64,000 nucleotides of DNA from an uncultured delta proteobacterium (GCA_963806225.1 CAWDXG010000004.1:1952001-2016000), one strand, 5' to 3'; positions 1 to 11,937 are shown, counted from the stretch's first letter. The notes: a model not told the origin generated them from the letters alone. Numbers and translations: made by a program.

Positions 1-38
1 AGCAGGACGTTGGTGTCGAGGACGTAGTTCTTCTTCAT
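1..38 (-). CDS. PIN-domain/PhoH-family protein, 5' end only (runs off window start)
   Basis: Reverse strand reads ATG AAG AAG AAC TAC GTC CTC GAC ACC AAC GTC CTG = MKKNYVLDTNVL, the typical VLDTNVL start of PIN(-PhoH) proteins. Confidence 0.7.
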   Translation of the reverse strand, partial: MKKNYVLDTNVL

Positions 39-274
39 GTGCTTCCCTGGGGGGGCGCCCCGGATACGCGGAGCGGGTCGCCCGCGATAGCTCCGGCCGG
101 CGGTGCCTGCAACGCCGGAGGCCGCCGGAGCGTGCCATGCGATCGGCAACGCGCCCTCTGCCGGCTCGCTCGACCGGGCGATCTCCCGTGAATATACAAG
201 CATTTACGTTCGCGGGCCCGACCCGCGGCCGGCGCGGCTTGACCGGGCGCGGCAGCGCGGGATTGTCTCCGGCC

Positions 275-1356
275 ATGTCGCGCTCGCTGCCGCCGTCCAT
301 CCTCGACCCGTCTACGCTCGGGCTCGCCGTCGTCACGCTGCTCGCCGCCTGCTCGGCCACCTCGCCGCCCAGCCAGTATCCGCCGCCCGGTCCGAGCGGC
401 GGCCTGCCCTACATCCCCTTCCCGAAGAAGAGCATCTTCGACGAGGGGATCGGCCCGAGCGAATCGGCGGAGCAGCCCGCCGCGGCGGCCAAGCCGTCGG
501 TCATCTCCGGCGACCTGCCGGACAAGCCCCCAGCGGCGCTGTCGCGCAAGGCGAGCTGCACGGACAAGGTCTGTACGCTCAAGACGTGGCTGCCCGACCC
601 CACGTTCGCGCAGGAGCGTCGACGGCGGCAAGCCCGCGCCGACAGCGCTCTGGCTGGAGAGCATCAAGAAGGGCAGCACGGTCGTGCTGCCCCGGCAACG
701 ACCACCTCGACGTGCTCGGCCGTGGATGCTCGCGGGCCGGTGATCGCCAACAGCGACGACGGCAAAGAGGTGCGGAATCTCGACGTGTGGAGCGCGCTGC
801 GCGTTCCCGGCGCCGGCTGCACGCTACGCGCGAACGAGCGACGCGAAGGTCGCCCTGGCGATCGCAACCGACGAACCGACGCTCGACGCGGCGCTGGCGG
901 CCGCCAAGGCCAAGCCCTGGAAAGTGCGCTGGCACAAGCGCCCGGGAAAGATCGAGTCGGTCGATCTCGCCAAGGCCAAGGATCTGTGCCTGGGGCGGCG
1001 GCGCCTTCCACGCGCGCCTGGCTTTCGGCGGCGCCGGCGAAATGCGCATCCGCTCCGGCCTCGAGCTCCTGATGATGTCGCCCGACGCGCCCGTGCCCGG
1101 GCACGACCACGCCGACTCCTGGGAAACGCTGGGCGCGCTCGGCGGCGACGCGAGCATGAAGCTCGACGGCAACGACTATCCGGTCAAGCCGGGCTCTGTC
1201 TTCCAGATCCCGAAGGGCGCCAAGCACTCCGTCACGCCCGGCCACGGCGTCCGCTGCTCGCCATCCAGCTCTACACGCCCTCCGGCCCCGAGCAGCGCTT
1301 CGTCAAGCTCGCGGGAGGCAACGCCAAGAAAGCCCGGGCCCGCGAAGCAGAAGTAG
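275..1356 (+). CDS. Lipoprotein with C-terminal cupin domain (frameshifted, probably sequencing error)
   Basis: Lipobox LLAAC after a hydrophobic stretch. C-terminal HDHADSWE...IPKGAKHSV cupin motifs. Coding segments are split across three frames. Confidence 0.6.
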
Positions 1357-1544
1357 GCGGGCGGGTCCTGGCAGCCGCTCGCGCCGCACAGCGACGGCGC
1401 TACACCGCCGGCCCGGTGCGTCCCCGTGGACCGCACGGGCCCCGCTAGCTCGCGGAATTGCCGGGACTTTTCTCGACCGCTCCGTGCGAACGGGTCCCGG
1501 GAAGAGGGCGCCAACCGCCGCGGAACTACGCTAGATTCGCCGCC

Positions 1545-3920
1545 ATGCGAGGCGTCCGCTCGCTGTGGCTGCCCTTCGCGGCGGTGGCCTACGTCTGCTT
1601 TGCGGCGGCGAAGGCCGGCGGCGGCTATGTGCCGTGGCTGGCGCTGGTGCTGCTGCCGCTGATGCTGGCGGAGGTGTGGCGGCGCACGGCCGCTCCGCCG
1701 CAGCAGGGCGAGGACCGCATCGAGACGCACCGCGCGCTCGGCGCTACGCGCCTGCTTCTGGGGCGCGGCGATGTGGATCGCCGCACGCACCGGTCCGGCC
1801 GGACATCCCGCCTTCGACGCGGCCGCGAACCTCGGCGCGGGCGCGGCCATCGTGGCCGCGCTGGTCGCGCTGTCGCGCATCCCCGGCCTGCGGCGGGGTG
1901 ATGGCGCCCGACGCGCTCGGCGCGCTCGCTCGACGCCGCGGCGTTCGCCGGCTTCCTGTGGGGCATCGCCGTCGCGCTGCCGGCGACGCGCGTGCTGCTG
2001 CCGGCCGAGCAGGTGCGGCTCGACCCGCTCGCCATCGACTACGCGACGACCAGCGCCGGCATCGGCAGCCTGCTGGTGCTGGTGGCGGCCACGTGGCGGC
2101 TGCGCATCGTGAGGCGAGCTGGAGGTGGGCGTCGGCGATCGCGCGGCGGGCGCGCTGGCGCTCGCCATCACCGCGTTCACCGTCGCCGTGCCGGCCGCGC
2201 TGATGGACGTAGCGCCGCCCGACCGCGTGCTGCCCGTCGCGGTCATCCTGGCGTCCATCGCCTGCACCTGGACGGCCACCACGCGCGAGCCGACCACCGT
2301 GTCGAGCGCGCTGCGCGGCATCCTCGCGATCATGATCCTGGGCGCGCCGACGACACTGCTCGCCGGGCTCGTCGCACGGCAGGCGCCGAACCACGCCGGC
2401 GCCATCGTGCTGGCAGTCGAGCGCGGTCTCGATCGTGGTCGGGCTGATCGCGCGCGCCGTCGCGCGGCCGCTCGGCCCCGAGCAGTCGCGCTGGCTCGAC
2501 GCCATCGACGCCGCCAGCCGCGGCGCGCTGCAGCCCGAGCCCGACGCCGCTATCCGCGCCGCGCTCGTCGCGCTCGGCGAGACCAGCAACGCGCCCGGCG
2601 CCAGGCCCGAGCTGTGGCGCGTCAGCCCCGAAGAAGTGCTGAGCGTCGACGTGGCCGGCTACCTGCACGTCGAGAAGGCCGCCGCGCCCGAGCGGCTGTA
2701 CGAGATGGCGCGCGAGGAGCCGGAGCGCACGCTGCGCGCCGAGGTGCTCGCGGCGCTCGAGGTGCGCCGCCCGGACGTGCGGCCACTGCTCGTCGTGGTT
2801 CGACGCACGGCGCGCGTTCTCGGCGACGCTGGTGCTCGACGAGGACGGCCCGCTCGGCTTCATCCTGATGCCGCGCGGCAGCCGCACCGCGCCCATGTCG
2901 CTGGAAGAGGCGCGCGCTATCCGCGTGCTCGCCGACCGCATCAGCGCGCTGCTCGCTGTCTCCTCGGCGCTGGCGCGCTCGCGCAAGCGCGAGCTCGCCG
3001 CCATCGCCCGCGCCGACACCATCGACGACGAGCGCGAGCGGCTCGAGCACATCATCCATCTCGAAGCCGGCCGCAACGAGTCGCATCGCCGAGCAGGCCG
3101 CGCGCGAGAGTGCGCTCGAGCGCCTACAGTCCCGCCGCGCGCCAGCGCGCTCGAACAGCTCGAGCGCCTCGGCCGCATGAACGCCTCGCCCGCGCTGATC
3201 GTCGCCGCCGGGCATCGAGGCCGTGGGCTGGGCCGCGCTCGTGCACCTGGCGAGCCCGCGCCGCGGCGGCCCGCTGGTCGTCATCGACGGCGCCAACGGC
3301 GCCGAGCACGACCTCGAGCATTGGCAGGACAGCCGAACGCTCGCCGCTCGCGCTCGCCGACGGCGGCACGCTCGTCGTGCTGCACGCGGCGCTCCTGCCG
3401 ACCGACATGCAGGAACACATCGCGCGCACGCTGTCGCGCCGCGCCAACGCGCCCGCGCGCTCCAGCGTGCTGCCCGCGGGCCTCGTCGTGGCGCTCGCGC
3501 GACCCGCCGGAGGAGCTCGCGGCCGACGGCGCGTTGTGCCCGCCATCTTTCGCGCTGGGTCGGCGACGCGCACGTGGTCGATCTTCCGCTGCCTCGCCGA
3601 TCGCGCCGAGGACCTGCGCGCCGCTCGCGCTCACCGCGCTGGCGCGCACCGGCGCCCGCAGCGGCGGCGAGCCACTCGGCATCGACCCCGCCGCGCTGCG
3701 CCTGCTCATGGAGCACAGCTGGCCGGGCAACGAAGCGCGAGCTCCGCGACGTGCTCACCCGCGCCGCCGCCGCAGCCACCACCCGCGTCGTCACCGCCCA
3801 CCGATCTCGCCGCTGCCGGCTTCCACCCCAACGTCGAAGCCGACGACAGCCTCCGCCACGCCGCTCCCGACGACAGCCCGCCGCCGCCCGCGTCCCAGGC
3901 GCTCTCCGCGGCGGCACTAA
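1545..3920 (+). CDS. Multi-TM membrane protein fused to a degenerate sigma54-activator-like AAA+ domain (several frameshifts)
   Basis: About 8 hydrophobic helices at 1545-2450. Later VHLASPRRGGPLVVIDG, ADGGTL, LADRAED and LMEHSWPGN motifs typical of enhancer-binding proteins, spread over several frames. Confidence 0.6.
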
Positions 3921-3937
3921 GGGCGCCAACGCCCGCG

Positions 3938-4253
3938 TCAGTGCCCGCCCGCGAGCCGCACCAACGTGCCCAGCACGCGATCGAAGCGCGCCCGAAGCGC
4001 CGCCTCCCGCTCCGGCATGTAGCCGAGCGCCGCCGCGACCTCCAGACAAGCGAGCACCTCGCGCAGCGAACCGAGCGCAGTGTGATACCGCACCGCACGA
4101 TTCTTCCCCCGACTGTACCCCCCCTCGGCCGTGTTCAACGGCGCGCTCGTGAGGGCCCGCCGACACTGCCGCGCCAGATCCGGGTCGTGCCGCCCGCAAG
4201 AGCGGCCGGAGAGAGCGAACCAGATCGAGCAGAACAGGATAGATACGCAACAT
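3938..4253 (-). CDS. Four-helix-bundle protein (IVS/bAvd-like family), one frameshift near 4195
   Basis: MLRIYPVLLDLVRSLRPLL joins RHDPDLARQCRRALTSAPLNTAEG...ALGSLREV. AAGGAG RBS lies 7 nt upstream of the ATG. Confidence 0.75.
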
Positions 4254-4322
4254 GACGTGACTCCTTGTGCAAGCCCGCGCCCGCCACCCGAGCGTGGGCG
4301 AAGCCCAAGCGCCGCACGCGCA

Positions 4323-4402
4323 GGAGCTGTCCAGGCTGCGAGCGAAGCGAGCACCGCCCGCAGGCCCCAAGGGCCGAGGACGGCCCCGGCCTGGACAGCT
4401 CC
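4323..4402. repeat. 14-bp perfect inverted repeat (REP-like hairpin) in intergenic DNA
   Basis: GGAGCTGTCCAGGC (4323-4336) and GCCTGGACAGCTCC (4389-4402), enclosing a GCGAAGC mini-hairpin. Confidence 0.7.
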
Positions 4403-4619
4403 GAGCACGGCGGCATCCTGAAATACCCACGAGCGAACGCACTTGCGCACGAGGCGAAGCCGACGCGCGCCCCGCCCCCGCCCACGCACCCGCCCCCGCC
4501 CACGCGCGCAGGGGACCCTCGCGGGCGCGCAGGCCGGAGGCCGAGCACCCGCTTGAGGGCCCCGGGCGCGTGCGCCCGGCGCACCCCCGCCGCCATCCGA
4601 CGGGGGAGCAGCCCCGGCT

Positions 4620-5303
4620 TCAGCCGACGCCGCAGCCGAGGTTCGCTGGCACCGCCACGTCCATCAGCCGGGGATTGGGCAGGTTCAGGTTGCCCATCAG
4701 CTCGATGTACTCGTCGACGCCGCTGACCTTCAGACGCGGATTGTGCGCGCGCTCCTCGGCGATCGTGCTGACCGTCCAGCCCTTGTAGTCGTGGGCCGGG
4801 TAGACGAACGTGTCGTCGGGCAGCTTCAGGAGCCTGTCGAAGATCGAGTGGTACTGATCGCGCGCGCTGCCATTCTGGAAATCGGTGCGGCCGCTGCCGC
4901 GGATGAGCAGCGTGTCGCCCGTGAAGACGCGGTCGGGTAGGCGGAAGCTGTACGAGTCGTCCGTGTGGCCGGGTGTGTAGACCGCTTCGAGCGAGATGCC
5001 GTCCACGTCGATGCGATCCCCGTCGCTCACTTTCAGCGACACGCAATCCGCGCGGCTCTGCTCGCCCATGATGGTGATGCAGTCGGTTCGATTGCGGAGA
5101 TCGCCGAGGCCCGTGATGTGATCGGCGTGGACGTGGGTGTCGACGGCCTTGACCAGCTCGAGGTCGAGCTCGCCGAGCAGCCGCACATAGCTGTCGACCT
5201 GCTCCTTCACCGGGTCGATGAGCAGCGCCTCGCCCCCAGCGCGGCGCGCCAGGAGATAGGTGTAGGTGCTCGATTCCTTGTCGAAGAGCTGTCGAAATAT
5301 CAT
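4620..5303 (-). CDS. MBL-fold hydrolase, persulfide dioxygenase (ETHE1-like)
   Basis: MIFRQLFDKESSTYTYLL, THVHADHITG, TPGHT, FTGDTLLIRGSGRTDFQ, YPAHDYKG, EERAHNPRL. Confidence 0.9.
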   Translation of the reverse strand: MIFRQLFDKESSTYTYLLARRAGGEALLIDPVKEQVDSYVRLLGELDLELVKAVDTHVHADHITGLGDLRNRTDCITIMGEQSRADCVSLKVSDGDRIDVDGISLEAVYTPGHTDDSYSFRLPDRVFTGDTLLIRGSGRTDFQNGSARDQYHSIFDRLLKLPDDTFVYPAHDYKGWTVSTIAEERAHNPRLKVSGVDEYIELMGNLNLPNPRLMDVAVPANLGCGVG

Positions 5304-5458
5304 CGCGGTTCCCTCCCCGGGACTGTCCAGCATGCTTCGTGCCAGGCCAGGAGCCACCCGGGACGTGGAAAAAGCCCACGCTTGGCAGATGCTGCGCTGC
5401 GGTATCGCGACCCTGATGTGTCAACGCGCGACACGATGTTGAAACCCGACGCGCCCGG

Positions 5459-6352
5459 CTAGTCGTCCCGCTGGGCCATCGCGCGCGCGCGGGACTCGAT
5501 GCCGTCGGCGAATTCGAGCGCGACGGCGCGGTCCTCGACGCGTTCGAGCTCCTGGCCGGCGCGCCTCGCGATCTCGGCGGCGCGCGCCTTGTGTTCCTGC
5601 CAGTCCACGACGCGGTAGGCGAGCGTGAGCCCCGGGTCGCTCTGCAGCAGGCCGAGCGCCGCGCCGCGCCAGACGAATGGCGGGCTTTCGCGGTCGAGGG
5701 TCGACAGAATCGGTGAGCGGCGACGCGGCGAGCCAGTGGCCGAGCATTTCGTGCCAGCTTCCGGACCAGTCGGCATCGGCTGGAGCCATCTCGCCAAGCG
5801 GGACGCTCTGCTGCGACTCGTGCACGCGGCGCAGCTTCGGCCAGGCCAGGAGCCGGCCCGGCGGCTCTGCGCCGCGGAAGTCGGCGTGGCCGACCCACCA
5901 CGAGACGTGCGTGTCGATGCGCGCCAGCTCGGCGACCCGCCAGAACGAGGCGTGACGCCCCAGCGCATCGCCCACGGTCCGCGGCGCGCCCGCCTGCCGG
6001 ATCACCTGTCCCACCATCTTGAGCAGCCGCTCGGGCCGCTCCTTGCCCAGCAGGCCCTCGAGATCCGGGTTGGTCGCCTGCAACAGGTCGTTCAGCGCGA
6101 ACGCGAGCAGCCACTCGCCGGCCGACGGCTCCTCGACGCGATCGACGGCGCACAGCCTGCGCGCGGCCGTCAGGCGGGCTCGTTCCAGCTGGACCGCGGC
6201 ATCGCCGCCGGCAACCAGCGCGTGGTCGACAAGCATCGAGGGCGCGTCGCGCGCCGATCGGCGGAAGCGGTTTGAGCTCGCCGCCCACCGCGAGCGGCAG
6301 CAGCACCTGCTCGACCAGCTTGATCCACCAGCACCTGGTCGTCGGGGGTCAT
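5459..6352 (-). CDS. Hypothetical protein (frameshifted), coupled to the upstream gene
   Basis: Continuous protein-like segments (LAFALNDLLQATNP; RIDTHVSWWVGHADFRGAEPPGRLLAWPKLRRV) across frames. Its ATG overlaps the stop codon of the upstream gene. Confidence 0.6.
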
Positions 6353-7831
6353 GACGCTGGCTCCGCCTTGGCGAGGGGTCTGAATCCGAGCGGATCGAAC
6401 CACACCGTGGGGATCTCGGCCGAGAGCTGCGACTCGAACGAGGCGCTCGGCAGCGGGGCCCAGCTTTCAGCTTCGAGCAGCGCGGACTCCAGGGGCGAGA
6501 ATCCGGCGCGCAGCACCGCCACGGGCGCCTGCTCCGGGACGCAGGAACACGATGCGATCCGCCGGTGCGCCGAGCGCTGCGAACAGCATCTCGGGGCGCA
6601 CCCGCGGCGCCACCTCGTAGCCATTCGGCACGAAGATGGACGGATGCTCGCGGCGGAAGAACGTTCCGAGCGGCAACAGCTCGAGGCCCTGCTCGCGCAG
6701 CAGGAATGCGCCCAGCTCGGTGACGGCGATGCGGATGCTGCGGATGGCGTCCGCGCCGAGCGCGTAGACGAGCCTTCTCAGGAGCGGCAGCTCGTTGCTG
6801 TTAACGAGCGTCGCATGCACGCGCCCGGGAGGCGCCAGAGCCGGGCACCAGCTTCGGGCGCAGAAGGAGCTCGGGTGCAGTCGAACCACCAACGCCGTGC
6901 GGAAGCACCGCCAGCTTCTCGAACGGCTGCTCGGTGCGTCTCAGCGAGCGTACGTCGGCCAGAACCGGCAGCTTGTCGTATCTCGAGCGGCGGTTCGCCG
7001 CGCCCGCGGAACAGCACCAGACCGCGCTCGTCGAACACGGGACACGAGCGGAGCGTGACCGGATGGCGGAAGCCGCGCTCGACCGCCACGCCGGGCGAGG
7101 CGGGCAGGAACGCCGCGAGCCCCGGCGTGGAGACGAGCGGGCCGCGCATGCGCGCCGGCAGCTCCTGCACGGAGAAGAGGAAGCGCCGGAGCGGTGCGTC
7201 GTCGAAGCTCGTCTCCGGGGGCCACTCGACGATGCCGACCCGGGCATCGACGCGCGAACGCGCCAGGTAGCCGAGCAGGCTCGGCCCAAGTCCGGGTTCG
7301 GAGAGCAGCCAGAACGGGTGGTCGTCGATGCTCACACCGGGGTCTGGATGCGGAGCCAGGCGCCGGAGCAGACTGCCGAGCGCGAGCTTCCGCTCGACCT
7401 CGTACACCTGCGCAAACGTGTTGTGGTAGAGCGCGAGCGCCGCGTCGGTGGGAATGATCTCGCTCGCATCGTAGCCGAACGGAGCACCGGCATCGCGATA
7501 CTGCACGTAGTGGCGGCTGGTCCCGGTGAAGGTGAAGCCCCCGGTCAACCGCGCGACCTCGGCGACGCGGTCCATGCGGTCGCTCGACCCGGCGTCGAAC
7601 GACAGTGCGATCTCGCGCGCCCCGAGCTTGGAGCGGACCACTTCGATCGCGAGCGAGCCGGCGATGCCGTCCAGCGCCTGCTCGGCCGTGTACACGGCGA
7701 AGAAGGCGACCAGACGATCCAGCGAGGGCAGCAGCACGAGGCCGCGCGAGCCGAGCGCGACTCCGCGGACATCGAGCCCGACGCCGGGCACCCTGAAGCC
7801 GGGTCTGGTGGACCGCAACGCGCTCGAGCAT
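6349..7831 (-). CDS. Hypothetical protein (frameshifted, ~490 aa)
   Basis: Segments GFTFTGTSRHYVQYRDAGAPFGYD, GFRHPVTL, LLRRLVYAL and IFVPNGYEVAPRV join over about 4 frameshifts. Confidence 0.6.
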
Positions 7832-8020
7832 CGGCGCTAGCCTGCTTCCTCGCCCAGCTCCATCACCGCGGATCATAGCCGGCCGGGGCGCCCACTCAAG
7901 CGGGCGGCCGCCGTTTGTCGCGTGTTCGCGCTGGGAAGTCCCGAAGAGGGACCGCACCCCGCAAAACCCGCGCCGCGAGCGTCTAGCCGCCGGACGCGGC
8001 CAAGGCTAGTCTCGGGTGAC

Positions 8021-11000
8021 GTGACCTCCCCCGCCAGCGAGAGACGCCGCATGGGCGGCCGCTTCGTAGTCGAACGCGAGGTCGGCCGCGGCGGCGCCGG
8101 CATTGTCTACCGCGCGTGGGACCTGGTGACCGAGCAGCAGGTCGCGCTCAAAGTGATGGCCATCGAAGCCGGCGTCATCGCGCCGGAAGACGAGGCACGC
8201 CTGGGCCGCGAGGGCGAGCTGCTCGCAAACCTCGACCACCCGTTGCATCGTCAAGACGGTCGCCTATGGCGTGTTCGAGGACACCGGCCTGCCCTACGTG
8301 GCAATGGAGTGGCTCGAGGGCGAGGATCTCGCGGCGCGCGAGAAGCGCGATCCGCTCGACGCTCAAGCAGGCGGTGGAGCTCGCCATCCTGGTCGCCCAG
8401 GCGCTCGACGCGGCACACGCGGCGGGCGTCATCCACCGCGACATCAAGCCGGGCAACATCTTCCTGTGCAAGGGGCGCCACCCGGAGACCGAAGAGCTCG
8501 ACGTGACGCCGAAGCTCGTGGATTTCGGGGTGGCTGCAGCCGGCGACATCCGCATCACGCGCACCGGAGACGTGGTGGGCACGCCCGCGTACATGGCGCC
8601 GGAACAGGCGCGAGGAGATGCGCCCATCGACGCGCGCTGCGACATCTACTCGCTGGGCGCAACGCTGTTCGAGCTGGTCGCCGGGCGCCCGCCGCACGTC
8701 GGACCGACGGCGATCGCGACGCTCGCACGTCTCGTCACGACCCCGCCGCCCAGGCTCAGCGAGCTCCGCCGCGACGTGCCGCCGCTGCTCGACAACATCG
8801 TCGAACGCATGCTGCAGACGGACCCTGCCGCACGTCCCGCATCGGCCGCGGAAGTGGCCGAGACGCTGCGCGAAGCGGTGCGCGACGCGAGCCGTGTCAG
8901 CTGGGTGGACACGGCCGAGCCGACGTTGTCGTCGCGCCTGGGCTCGAGCGCGTCGCGCCTGCTGACTTCCATCGTCGCGATCCGCTTCGCCAAGGGCTCG
9001 GCGCGCGAGCGAGCGCTGCAGCACCTGCGCGAGCGCGGTGCGGACGCGGTACCGCTCGGGCAGGACGCCATCGTGGCCCACCTGGGCGCACGCCGCGCCG
9101 TCGGCACCGAAGCCACCGCCGCGCTCGATCTGGGTCGGCGTCTGGCGCGGGCCGGCGCCCGCGTCGGTATCGCCAGCGGTCGCGCGCGCGTCAGCCTGTC
9201 TGAGCGATAGCGGCGAGATCTCGCCTGTGGGAGAGGTCGTCGACCGCGCCTCCGCGCTCGCCCGCGACGCCGAGGCAGGCATGGTGCTCGCGGACGTGAC
9301 CACGAGCGAACTGGGGCGGGGCCGCTACGAATTCCGGGCGCGCGACGACGGCTCGGCTATCGTCGGCGAGCAGGTGCGCGGCGCGCGCGGCGAACGGGCG
9401 GGCGGCGCGCCGTTCGTGGGAAGGGAGCCCGAGCTGGCGCAGGTCCTCAGCGCCTTCGATCGCTCGCGCTCGGACCGCACGCCGATCCTGGTCAGCATCA
9501 CAGGACCGCCCGGCATCGGCAAGACGAGACTCCGTCGCGAGGTGCTGGCACGCATCTCGGCACAAGCCGAGGCTCCGCCCGTGATCCTGCAGCGTAGCGA
9601 GGCGTACGGTCGCGGGCACGCGCTGGGCGCCGCGGCGGACGTGCTGCGCGCTATCATCGGACTGCCGAAGGGCACCACAGCGGCCGAAGCCGAAAGCGCC
9701 ATCGTCGGCCGGCTGGGTCCGGCCACACGCGACGAGCTGACCGCGCAGAGCCGCGAGCTTCTGAGCCGCCTGCTTGCGAACGAAGCGCTGCCCGAAGGGC
9801 TCGACCCGCGCGGCTCGCGCGACGCGCTGTGGTTGGCGATGACCGACCTGGTGCTGCAGGTGGTCGTCACCGAGCCCACCGTCATCATCATGGAAGATCT
9901 GCAGTGGGCCGACCCGGAGAGCATCGGGTGGCTCGACCACATGCTCGGGCGCTCGTCGCACCAGCCGTTGGTGGTGCTCGGCGCTGATGCGACCCGATTT
10001 CTGGGCGGACAATGGCGACCGCTTTGCCGGACGCGACCACGTGCGGCTCGAGCTCCGGCCCATCTCGCAGCGCGCCTCGCGGGCCATCGCGCGCTCGCTT
10101 CTGGGCGAGGACGCGCCGGAACCCGTGATCGAGCGCATCGCCGCGCAGGCTGCCGGCCTGCCGCTGTTTGCGGAGGAGCTCGCTCGGCTCAGCGCCGCGG
10201 GGCGCGACACCACGCACGCGCCTACCATCGAGGCGGCCATCCAGGTCAGCCTCGACTCGCTCGACGAGGAATGTCGCGACGCGGTCGGGCGGCTCAGCGT
10301 GCTCGGTCTGAGCTGCTGGGACTCGGCGCTGGAAGCACTGGGCATGCCGCGCGCGGAAAGCGTGATGAAGGCGCTCGCCGGTGCGGAAGTGCTGGTCGAG
10401 CAGAATGTCTCGCGCTTCGCCGGCACGCGCGAGTGGGTGTTCAAACACGCGCTGGTGCGCGAGGTGGCGTACAGCTCGCTCGGCGAGCGTGAACGCAAGG
10501 AGCTGCACGCGCTGGCCGCGGCGTGGCTCACCTCGATGGGCGAGGACGCGGCCACCGTCGCCGGCCACTTCGACCTGGGCGGGCAGTACGCGGCCGCAGC
10601 CGACCACTGGGCGCGCGCGGCGCAGCGCGCGCTGGCGACCAACGCGCTGACCGACGCGCTGACGATGGCGGACCGGGCGCTCGCCTTCGCCGAGGACAAG
10701 GCGTCCGGGTTCCAGCGCGCCTGCGTACCTGGACGAGGCGTGGAGCCGCCTCGACCCGCGCGCCAGCGAGCGCGAGACGGCCATCCGCGCGATGGAAGAG
10801 AACGTGCACGACGAGTCGAGCGCGGTGCGCGCCCGCGGCGCGCGCGCCCGCTACGACGACGCACGCGGCACGGGCGATCGCATCAGCGCACGCCTGGCCC
10901 ATACACGCGACGAGGCCCAGGCACTCGGCTTGCAGGACGAGGAGGCGCGCTGCTCGGCGGTGCTGGCGGCGCGGCTGGCGTTCGCCGGGCGCTTCGCGGA

Positions 11001-11937
11001 AGCGGAGGCGGAAGCAGCGCGCCTGCTCGAGCTGGCCAACCAGCCCAACATCCGCGCGGCAGCCGTGGACGCGTGGCAGACGCTCGCCATCATCCGCCAG
11101 ACGCGCGGCGCGCTCAGCTCGGCCCTGGACGCCCGGCGCAACGCAGCCGCCGCGGCTCGCGAAGCCGGGCTGCGCGAGCGCGAAGCGATGCTCACGACGA
11201 ACCTCGGCTTCGCGCTCACCACCATCGGTGCGCGGCAGGAAGCGCGCACCGCGCTCGATACGGGCCTGGCACTGGCCGACGCGATCGGCAGCAGTGGCGC
11301 CGTCAGGCACGCGCAGATGAACCTGCTCGGTTGGGCCGCGACCTTCGGCAACGACAAGCAGCTGGAAGGCAGCCTCGCCGAAACGCGCGCCGACGCCGAC
11401 GCGTCGGCCAGCGGCGTATGGGCCGCGCCGGATCGCTCGAACCTGGGCGTGCTGTTCTACCGGGGCTGGGAGCTGCTCCGCGCCAAGTCGGACCAGGCGT
11501 GCCGGCGGGCCTGCTCGCTTTTGCGCATTTCCGCCGAGTCGTATCGCGCCACCGGCCATCGCGACGTACTGCCCGTGGCGCTCGGCGTGTGGGCCCAGGC
11601 CGAGCAGCGCTGCGGCAATGCGCAGCGCGCGGCGGAGTTGGCGCGAGAGGCGGCCGAGCTTCTAGAGAGCGGCGCGCCCAGCCTGCTCAACGAGTCGACG
11701 GTGTACCTCGCGCTGCACGACGCGCTTTTGGAGCTCGGCGATCTGGAGAGCGCGCGCGACGCGGTGGCGCGCGGCATCCCGCCGCTGCTCCGCCGGGTGC
11801 ACGGCCTGGTCGGCACGCCGTACGCGCGCCTGTTCCTGACGGAGCTGCCCCACAACGCCGGGCTGCTCGCCGCGGCGGAGGGCTACGGCGTCGTGCCGGA
11901 CGAGATCCACACGCTACTCGAGCGCAACGGGCACTGA
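8021..11937 (+). CDS. Ser/Thr protein kinase with AAA/STAND-type ATPase and TPR-like helical repeats (about 5 frameshifts; start approximate)
   Basis: Kinase motifs GRGGAGIVY, VALK, HRDIKPGN, DFG, GTPAYMAPEQ. Then FVGREPEL, Walker A GPPGIGKT, Walker B IIMEDLQWAD, GLPLFAEEL, FKHALVREVAY. Confidence 0.85.

Noticed and set aside
3938..4253. Diversity-generating retroelement (Avd) or 23S rRNA intervening sequence
   Set aside because: No reverse transcriptase, template/variable repeat pair or rRNA was seen in the window.
275..11937. Cluster of true pseudogenes or programmed frameshifts
   Set aside because: The indels are scattered, show no obvious slippery or SD cassettes, and stop after ~10.8 kb, which fits sequencing error better.
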